Of a stretch of 32,422 nucleotides of DNA, positions 26,179 to 32,422 are shown in pieces. The stretch's first letter is position 1. Each line of letters starts with the position of its first letter. The translations under genes were made by a program, and so were the position numbers. The stretch is taken from the IMG/VR virus record IMGVR_UViG_2925639251_000002; one strand, given 5' to 3'. Below the pieces are notes generated by a model, which was given only the letters and a program-made list of their open reading frames with translations, had not been told where the DNA came from and did not search any database. Source of the DNA: a virus.

Positions 26179-27762
26179 ATGCCGTACAAAGATGAATCAC
26201 TTACTTTTACGATCAATGGCCGGCGCAAAAGCCCGGTACAAACAAACATCCAATATACAACTCAAGACAAAGGAACAGCAAAGCTTGCATTCCAGCTTAT
26301 GAAAGACGGGGTTCCCCTTCCGTTATCCGCGGCAGTGGTGAAGCTCGTCCTTTTAATGTCTGACGGTAGCCGATTTGTCCGAAATATTGAAATCACTGAT
26401 AAATTGAACGGCCGGCTGTCGTATGTTCTATCTGATGAAGAAATCAGACACGTTGGAACCGTTCAGGCAGAGCTTGATGTCTCCTACACAAATCAGCAGG
26501 CCATGTCGATCCATGAGTTTTCATTTGAGATTAAGAAAGCACTTATTGACACTGATATTCTGCCGAGCGTGGAGTACTATATAGATGATTTTGAGTCCTT
26601 AAAAAATAAGATCAACGAGCTTTATAACGAGACCATCCAGACGGTTGAAGAGCTGCGAAAAAAATTTGAGGATTTAGAGAACATTGAAACGAAAGACGGT
26701 GCACAGAAAAAGGCTGATGCTGTTCAGGTTAATTTAGATACCCATATAAATAACAAGTCCAACCCTCATGGTATAACAAAAACTCAGGTAGGCTTGGGGA
26801 ACGTGGACAACGTGCAGCAAGCAACAAAAGCAGAATTCAACACACACAACAACGATTCTACACGCCATATTACGTCCACTGAGCGCTCAAACTGGAATGC
26901 GAAGGAAACGACGACGGGAGCACAAAACAAGGCAGATACAGCCGAAAAAAACGCAAAAACGTATACTGATCAACACATTAATAATATAAGCAATCCCCAT
27001 GGGGTGACAAAAGGTCAAGTCGGGCTTGGGAATGTTACCAATGACAAACAGGCAACCAAAACAGAATTTGATACGCATGTAAAAAATGCGACTGTCCATA
27101 TATCTGCAGCAGAACGTACAAAATGGAACGGTGCTCAGCTTTTCAAAATCACAAATGATGTTGGAGGGGTCTTGGTTTCAATTGCTGATACAGACGATTT
27201 TCTGGACAGAATTGTGAAAGCGGGCAAGACGTTCGGGACATTTTATTCAACAGGAAAGCCGACAAATGCACCTTCCACATTATCGACAAGAGGTTTTTTC
27301 CACTTCACATCCCTTGATAGTAATGGTAACGGCACTTTCGGCTATGTTGTGGCCATGGATTATAAGAATAATATGTATTCAAACTATGTTGACGGCAATT
27401 TAGGCTGGTCAGGTTGGAAGCGACTTCTCACTGAAAATGATACTGACAGTGTGCCCTGGTTAAATGCGACCTACAAAAACGGAGCAAAGACGGGAGAAAG
27501 GCAACTTCAATATAAAAAACAGGCTGGTGCCCTTCATCTTACTGGTCACATCGTAACTGATCGTGAAGTGGTTTGCGCATCTATTCCAAGTAGTTTTGCA
27601 CCGTCAAAGGGTGCAGTAAAAATGGTGGGAGTTAGCGGGACAACAGGAATGGCCAAACTCATTGTTTTCTCATCAGGAGACATTAAGCTCACAGGACTTA
27701 TATCAAATGAAACAAACAGCGTGACTGGATACTACATTGATGAAGTTATCCCATTAAACTAA
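26179..27762 (+). CDS. BppU/DUF2479-family upper baseplate/tail fibre protein
   Basis: TQDKGTAKLAFQLMKDGVPLPL, YYIDDFE, NPHGVTKxQVGLGNV shaft repeats. Confidence 0.88.
   Translation: MPYKDESLTFTINGRRKSPVQTNIQYTTQDKGTAKLAFQLMKDGVPLPLSAAVVKLVLLMSDGSRFVRNIEITDKLNGRLSYVLSDEEIRHVGTVQAELDVSYTNQQAMSIHEFSFEIKKALIDTDILPSVEYYIDDFESLKNKINELYNETIQTVEELRKKFEDLENIETKDGAQKKADAVQVNLDTHINNKSNPHGITKTQVGLGNVDNVQQATKAEFNTHNNDSTRHITSTERSNWNAKETTTGAQNKADTAEKNAKTYTDQHINNISNPHGVTKGQVGLGNVTNDKQATKTEFDTHVKNATVHISAAERTKWNGAQLFKITNDVGGVLVSIADTDDFLDRIVKAGKTFGTFYSTGKPTNAPSTLSTRGFFHFTSLDSNGNGTFGYVVAMDYKNNMYSNYVDGNLGWSGWKRLLTENDTDSVPWLNATYKNGAKTGERQLQYKKQAGALHLTGHIVTDREVVCASIPSSFAPSKGAVKMVGVSGTTGMAKLIVFSSGDIKLTGLISNETNSVTGYYIDEVIPLN
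26737..27130 (+). repeat. Internal tandem fibre-shaft repeat with a 231-nt (77-aa) period
   Basis: HINNKSNPHGITKTQVGLGNVDN...ATKAEFNTH...ERSNWN versus HINNISNPHGVTKGQVGLGNVTN...ATKTEFDTH...ERTKWN. Confidence 0.9.
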
Positions 27763-27775
27763 AGGAGGGAGTATT

Positions 27776-28144
27776 TTGATTCAAATATACCCATACGACT
27801 CAGAAGGGTTTTTCCTTGGTCAGCCGGAGACTCTGAATCCTGATCCTGTGACGGGACAGTATAAAATCCCAGAAAACGCAACAAACATCCCTCCTGTGAA
27901 AGATGGACAAGGTATGTGGCGCCCTTGGTTTGACAGTGAAAAACAGGAGTGGTTTGAAAAAGCAGATCAAAATTATAAAGATAGCTTGAAGAGTCCGGCT
28001 GATCCTCCATCTGCTGTAGATCAACTAAAGGCGCAAAGTGCAGAAACAATGGTGCAGCTGGCCGAAGCTCAGAACTTAATAGAGTCCCAAGCGAAAATGA
28101 TTGCGGACTTGTTTTTGATGCTGGCTGAAGGAGGTGAAGTGTGA
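27776..28144 (+). CDS. Tail fibre assembly chaperone-like protein
   Basis: YPYDSEGFF, IPENATNIPP, PWFD...EWFE, C-terminal coiled coil; AAGGAGGGAG RBS with TTG start. Confidence 0.78.
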   Translation: MIQIYPYDSEGFFLGQPETLNPDPVTGQYKIPENATNIPPVKDGQGMWRPWFDSEKQEWFEKADQNYKDSLKSPADPPSAVDQLKAQSAETMVQLAEAQNLIESQAKMIADLFLMLAEGGEV

Positions 28145-28317
28145 TGGATTGGTTTAAAAATATCAAAACTATTTATGGATGGGGGAGACAGTATTACACA
28201 AACGCTGATGTCGCCCGTTTTGTTGTCTTGAAGAGAATCACAGAAGACCAATATAAACAAATCACCGGCCTGACCTATCCAGCTACAGAGCCGGTTGTCA
28301 TAGATTTAGGAAGTTAG
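28144..28317 (+). CDS. XkdX-family small protein (57 aa; MDWFKNIKTIYGWG...FVVLKRITEDQYKQITGLTYPATEPVVIDLGS)
   Basis: TGATG overlap, GGAGGTG RBS, ITxxQYKxITG motif. Below the ORF-track cut-off. Confidence 0.85.
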   Translation: MDWFKNIKTIYGWGRQYYTNADVARFVVLKRITEDQYKQITGLTYPATEPVVIDLGS

Positions 28318-28336
28318 AATATTTTTTTTGGTTTTG

Positions 28337-28408
28337 GAGTTAAAACACATTTGACACATGAGTCTTAACTCCATACAATGTGTTTATGAGATATATTATT
28401 TCTCATAA
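28337..28408 (+). promoter_or_regulatory. Near-consensus SigA promoter with two overlapping dyads
   Basis: TTGACA (28351)-17 nt-TACAAT (28374); GAGTTAA/TTAACTC flank the -35; TTATGAGA-N9-TCTCATAA lies at the predicted +1. Confidence 0.85.
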
Positions 28409-28431
28409 TTCATTTTATGGAGGTATGAAAA

Positions 28432-28719
28432 ATGGCGACACGAGCAAGGGTTCAAGATTTACATGAAGTGTTGTTAGATGAGTCAAAGTTAGGCGTCGAT
28501 TGGGTGTTGTGTCTTCAGTGGTGCCGGTATATTTTTGATGATGGTACCTTGAGATATGGTTATCGATTCATATGGAGAAAGCCTGATGGTAAGTTGCAAG
28601 CTGCGAGAGGACAAGCTAGAATCCCGAGTTTAGACGCAATGAAGACATTAATGGAAAAAGCCACTGCAGCTGGGTGGGGAGACAAAGTAGATAATTCTCC
28701 AAAACATGATAATAAATAA
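28432..28719 (+). CDS. Hypothetical 95-aa moron protein (GYRFIWRKPDGKLQAARGQARIP)
   Basis: GGAGG RBS, with its own promoter and terminator. Confidence 0.85.
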   Translation: MATRARVQDLHEVLLDESKLGVDWVLCLQWCRYIFDDGTLRYGYRFIWRKPDGKLQAARGQARIPSLDAMKTLMEKATAAGWGDKVDNSPKHDNK

Positions 28720-28724
28720 ATTAC

Positions 28725-28754
28725 AAAAAACAGATCTTATGGGTCTGTTTTTTT
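28725..28754 (+). terminator. Intrinsic terminator of the moron
   Basis: AAAAAACAGATCT-TAT-GGGTCTGTTTTTTT. Confidence 0.85.
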
Positions 28755-28784
28755 ATTTTGCCTCTAAGGAGGTGATAACAAGAA

Positions 28785-29207
28785 ATGGAGGAAACGACTG
28801 TGTTTATTAATTTGGAAACATTAGATTTAGCGAGAGTTTATCTGTTTGGGGGTGTGAAATATCTTGATTTACTGCTTGTTCTCAGCATTCTTGACGTAAT
28901 AACGGGCGTGATCAAGGCATGGAAATTTAAGAAGCTGCGGAGCCGAAGCGCATGGTTTGGTTATGTCCGAAAAATGCTCAGCTTCCTGGTAGTCATCGTG
29001 GCAAATATCGTAGATACAATTTTCAGTCTGAACGGTGTCCTGACATTTGGAACCGTTCTTTTTTATATCGCCAATGAGGGGCTTTCCATTACGGAGAACC
29101 TTGCACAGATCGGCGTTAAGATTCCGGCGGCCATCACTGACAGGCTTCACGTAATTGAAAACGACAACGAACAAACAAAAGAAAAGGATGAACAGGCTGC
29201 TGGATAA
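28785..29207 (+). CDS. Phage holin (toxin secretion/phage lysis holin family)
   Basis: [10 protein letters not shown]...[32 protein letters not shown]. Confidence 0.93.
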   Translation: MEETTVFINLETLDLARVYLFGGVKYLDLLLVLSILDVITGVIKAWKFKKLRSRSAWFGYVRKMLSFLVVIVANIVDTIFSLNGVLTFGTVLFYIANEGLSITENLAQIGVKIPAAITDRLHVIENDNEQTKEKDEQAAG

Positions 29208-29221
29208 CCCGGCGGCTTTTT
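29194..29221 (+). terminator. Terminator-like hairpin between holin and endolysin
   Basis: AGGCTGCTGG-ATAAC-CCGGCGGCTT-TTT, with several G-U pairs. Confidence 0.55.
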
Positions 29222-29250
29222 CTATATCAAAAATAAAGGGGAGAATACTT

Positions 29251-30228
29251 ATGACAGTCACAGTGAAAAAGAATCTTGTATCAAAAGCTAAATACGGTTT
29301 GAAATGCCCAAACGCTATGACAGCGGAATACATTACCATCCACAATACAGCAAACGACGCGTCAGCTGCCAATGAGATCAGTTACATGATTGGAAATACC
29401 AGTTCAACAAGTTTCCACTTTGCAGTAGATGACAAGGAGGTGCGGCAGGGTATCCCAATAAATCGCAATGCATGGCACACAGGCGACGGTACAAACGGCA
29501 CCGGGAACCGTAAGTCAATTGGTGTCGAAATTTGTTATAGCGAATCAGGTGGGGCACGATATAAAGCAGCGGAAAAGTTGGCTATTAAGTTTGTTGCTCA
29601 GCTTCTGAAAGAACGCGGATGGGGCATTGATCGTGTGCGTAAGCATCAAGACTGGAACGGCAAGTATTGCCCGCACCGCATTTTGGCAGAGGGAAGATGG
29701 GAACAAGTGAAGGCAGCTATTGCTGCAGAATTAGAACGCATTGGAGGTAAAAAAGCATCTTCTCCGGTGAAAACAGGAACAAAGATCAGCGGGGAGACGT
29801 ACACCGTCAAGAAAGGTGATGCTCTTTCTGTAATAGCACAGAAAACAGGCGTAAGTATGGCAACCCTGCAAAGCTTGAACGGTATTAAGAACCCGAACTT
29901 GATTAAGGTCGGCCAAGTATTAAAGCTTAAAGGCTCAAGCACTTCGAGCCCTAAACCAAGCAGCAAAAAAACGTCATATGCGCTGCCCTCTGGCGTCATT
30001 AAAGTAACAAGCCCTATGCGAAAAGGGAATGACGTAAAGCGGATTCAAAAAGCGCTGGCTGCTCTTTATTTCTACCCAGATAAAGGGGCAAAGAATAACG
30101 GTATTGATGGCGTGTACGGCCCGAAAACAGCCAACGCGGTCAAACGGTTCCAGTCAGTAAGTGGACTGACTGCTGACGGCATTTATGGGCCTAAGACTAA
30201 AGCGAAACTTGAAGAGTTCTTGAAATAA
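29251..30228 (+). CDS. xlyB: Endolysin, N-acetylmuramoyl-L-alanine amidase (Amidase_2 + LysM + PG-binding), XlyB-like
   Basis: [42 protein letters not shown]; YTVKKGD LysM; DGVYGPKT; ATG 29251 follows AAAGGGGAG. Confidence 0.92.
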   Translation: MTVTVKKNLVSKAKYGLKCPNAMTAEYITIHNTANDASAANEISYMIGNTSSTSFHFAVDDKEVRQGIPINRNAWHTGDGTNGTGNRKSIGVEICYSESGGARYKAAEKLAIKFVAQLLKERGWGIDRVRKHQDWNGKYCPHRILAEGRWEQVKAAIAAELERIGGKKASSPVKTGTKISGETYTVKKGDALSVIAQKTGVSMATLQSLNGIKNPNLIKVGQVLKLKGSSTSSPKPSSKKTSYALPSGVIKVTSPMRKGNDVKRIQKALAALYFYPDKGAKNNGIDGVYGPKTANAVKRFQSVSGLTADGIYGPKTKAKLEEFLK

Positions 30229-30230
30229 TA

Positions 30231-30263
30231 AAAGAAGCCCTTCTTAAAAGAGGGGCTCCTTTT
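30231..30263. terminator. Bidirectional terminator between the convergent lysin and immunity genes
   Basis: AGCCCTTCT-TAAA-AGAGGGGCT with A-rich and T-rich flanks. Confidence 0.75.
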
Positions 30264-30268
30264 CTAAA

Positions 30269-30568
30269 CTATATTGTTTTAAGGTGTTCTTTAATTTGTT
30301 CAGTGACTTGCTTAAGCCATTCTAATGGAGTTATATCATCTTCAGGAAAGTATATACCATCAGCTGCTTCTTCTATAAATTCATTCTTATCTGCTTCAGA
30401 ATAATTACTATTTACAAACTCAGTTAGTGCTATTAAATCTCTTTCTTTTAGCTTTTGTGATGCTTCATTTAGATATTCATTAAGAGCATCTTCAGGAGAT
30501 TCTATATCTTGGTGGAAATGTCCGCCGAGAAATCTAAATACAGGATCAGAAACTTTAATTTCAATCAT
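30269..30568 (-). CDS. CdiI-type immunity protein for the RNase toxin
   Basis: FLGGHFHQD motif; acidic, 99 aa; directly downstream of the toxin. Confidence 0.85.
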   Translation of the reverse strand: MIEIKVSDPVFRFLGGHFHQDIESPEDALNEYLNEASQKLKERDLIALTEFVNSNYSEADKNEFIEEAADGIYFPEDDITPLEWLKQVTEQIKEHLKTI

Positions 30569-30574
30569 TATATA

Positions 30575-32422
30575 TCACCTCGTTGGGTAGCCTGTTAATA
30601 TAAAGCTACCATCTTCATTTTTCTTTAATACTATTCTAGCATTAGTCATATCTTTAACTTCATTTGAACCTTTACGAACTCCTCTACCTATAACTTCAGT
30701 TCCTCTATAAGGTAACGGTAATGGATCGCCTATATCACTATTTAACCACTCTTCAATTTCCTTTTTATGTTTAGTCAATGTTTCATTAGCGACTCTTTCT
30801 GCAGTTGGCCTATCAGTGAAACTAGAAGAGGCACGTATTTTCTTGTTTATCTGTAGCCTCTTTAATAACTCTTCATCAGTCTTCCCAACGTGTCTTTCAA
30901 TAAGGTGCCCGCCTTTTGCTTCATGAGCAGCTAACCCTCCACCAGGTGCGAGAGGGGTACTATCACCTTGTTTGACATTACCTATACCTATGTTGTTAGA
31001 AGTTTCAGATTTTCTGAGAACACTCTCTTTTTTATCTTCCGCAATACTTTTTAGCAGCGGAGTATTTTTTACATTAATGGTATTCTCAGCATTTTGAAGG
31101 ATCCCTTCTAATGCAGGAGTATACCGGTTAACAGGAGATTTGACAAACTGTTTTACAGATTTTCCGCCTTTTTTAATTGTGCCACCAGCTGCTTTCCCAA
31201 CTTTAGCAAGGTCCTTCGAGCCTGTTGAGACAGAGGACTTTCCACCTTTCAATAACAGAAGACTTCCGCCCAAATAAGTAACATAGTGCAGCCGCGTGTA
31301 TGCATCCCCGTGAATCATTTTTGTATCCCAATTATCCTTCAATGTGTCAACCATACTTTGAAAGGCAGCTTGATAGTCGTATTCCAAAACGGTATCCAGC
31401 ACTTTTTGAGGATCCTTGTTCAAGTTATCAATCGTCCAACCGATATTCCATCCGAATTGAATGGCTCCTTCACCGGTATCCTTGGCAAGATCGTATATAC
31501 CAACAATCGCACCTTTGGCGCCATCACCTATGATTTGCAACACTTCTTTTCCGTTATCCATGAAAGCTTTACGCTGTTCAAGAAATGAAACATATTCAAG
31601 CTGTTCAGGGGTAAGATTCTCATAGCCGACCTTCTTGGCAATTTTTAAGTATTCATCCGGATCCGTCACTCCGTCAGCTAGCTTCTTCTTTAAATCTTTG
31701 ATTTCTCGTTCTTTCGCTTCATCTTTCTTGAACTTCAAATAAGCTTCAGTTTGTTTTTCAATATCGCCTTGTTTCTTATGTATGTCACTTTCACGGTACG
31801 CCTTGGCGTTGTAGTGAATGGGCATAGCGTTTTTGCCTTTGCCTGTGGATTCCTCAAGCTTTTGGAAGTCTTTCTTGATGAATTGCTCATTTGGCTCTGA
31901 CTGGGCATATTCAGAAACAAGTGCTTCGTCCACGCTGTCTATTTTATTGACGGTTTTTTTGCGTTGGTTCTCCGCATCGGCGAGTTCGTCTTTAAAGGTT
32001 GCTGTGGAGAACAAATCAAGCGGAAGAATATCGTCGATATCATGTAAGATATCTTTCATGGCTTTCTTCTGTTCAGACATAATGGACTTTGATTTTGTGT
32101 AGGCGTTAGCCAGCTCGTGTTCTAAGAAGGATTCTTCTATGTATGCATCAGATAAGCTGGCGTCCTCTAGAGTGCCTGAAATGCTTGTCAAGAAAGCAAT
32201 TTTCATATCAAGTAAGTCAATCCAATTGTCAGCTACACCTGCGTGGTCTTGATAAAATGCTTTAATGTTGTCGGCGCCTTTGCCGGAAAACTCACTGTCA
32301 TCTAAATCAGCTACAGCTTTGAAGGCTTTCTTTAGATTGACCATCTGACTTCTTAATTCTTTGTATTCCTTTGCACGTTTATCTGCTTCTGAAAGCAGTG
32401 ATTTGGCTTCAAATACTTTCAT
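30575..32422 (-). CDS. LXG-domain T7SS polymorphic toxin (YeeF/YqcG/YobL-like) with a C-terminal bacterial RNase A-like (CdiA-CT) domain
   Basis: [10 protein letters not shown]...[17 protein letters not shown]-terminus; [20 protein letters not shown]...SSF...ILTGYP toxin. Confidence 0.9.
   Translation of the reverse strand: MKVFEAKSLLSEADKRAKEYKELRSQMVNLKKAFKAVADLDDSEFSGKGADNIKAFYQDHAGVADNWIDLLDMKIAFLTSISGTLEDASLSDAYIEESFLEHELANAYTKSKSIMSEQKKAMKDILHDIDDILPLDLFSTATFKDELADAENQRKKTVNKIDSVDEALVSEYAQSEPNEQFIKKDFQKLEESTGKGKNAMPIHYNAKAYRESDIHKKQGDIEKQTEAYLKFKKDEAKEREIKDLKKKLADGVTDPDEYLKIAKKVGYENLTPEQLEYVSFLEQRKAFMDNGKEVLQIIGDGAKGAIVGIYDLAKDTGEGAIQFGWNIGWTIDNLNKDPQKVLDTVLEYDYQAAFQSMVDTLKDNWDTKMIHGDAYTRLHYVTYLGGSLLLLKGGKSSVSTGSKDLAKVGKAAGGTIKKGGKSVKQFVKSPVNRYTPALEGILQNAENTINVKNTPLLKSIAEDKKESVLRKSETSNNIGIGNVKQGDSTPLAPGGGLAAHEAKGGHLIERHVGKTDEELLKRLQINKKIRASSSFTDRPTAERVANETLTKHKKEIEEWLNSDIGDPLPLPYRGTEVIGRGVRKGSNEVKDMTNARIVLKKNEDGSFILTGYPTR

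Larger units (their letters stand above)
1..30262 (+). mobile_element. Temperate siphoviral prophage (Bacillus subtilis group, phi105-like organisation), partial: late control, packaging, head, tail and lysis modules
   Basis: Colinear ArpU-HNH-terS-terL-portal-protease-capsid-connector-tail-TMP-Dit-Tal-fibre-holin-amidase gene order with Bacillus-type RBSs. No att sites are identifiable, and the element may extend over the LXG pair. Confidence 0.95.

Noticed and set aside
23774-27762. DGR or shufflon acting on the fibre genes
   Set aside because: There is no reverse transcriptase, no adenine-specific TR/VR pair and no inverted cassettes; the similarity is at the protein level only.

Overview
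The window is the right-hand part of a temperate, cos-type siphoviral prophage, most likely from the Bacillus subtilis group and phi105-like in gene order (inferred from the protein families). From left to right it holds: the end of the early/middle region; an AT-rich two-gene cassette (DUF3578/McrB-N fused to a DUF3883 nuclease, plus a 4-TM protein); an ArpU-family late regulator coupled to a short tyrosine recombinase with a res-like site; and an accessory hotspot (DUF4145/HEPN gene, probable late promoter, an unknown gene, a long RNA hairpin, a Zn-ribbon/HEPN gene). These are followed by HNH-cos-terS-terL, an HK97-type head module with a collagen-like protein, and a tail module with a frameshifting chaperone, tape measure, a split Dit and two paralogous fibre/chaperone modules. 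The window ends with a promoter-bearing moron, holin, an XlyB-like endolysin and a convergent LXG toxin-immunity pair. The most unusual signal is that the major capsid and major tail proteins both end in SADLGK, encoded by different codons, and a small tail protein ends in IDLGS, which suggests a shared virion C-terminal tag. Other leads are several candidate anti-phage morons and a late operon containing many intrinsic terminators plus candidate regulatory RNA structures. All family calls are by motif recognition; no database searches were run.
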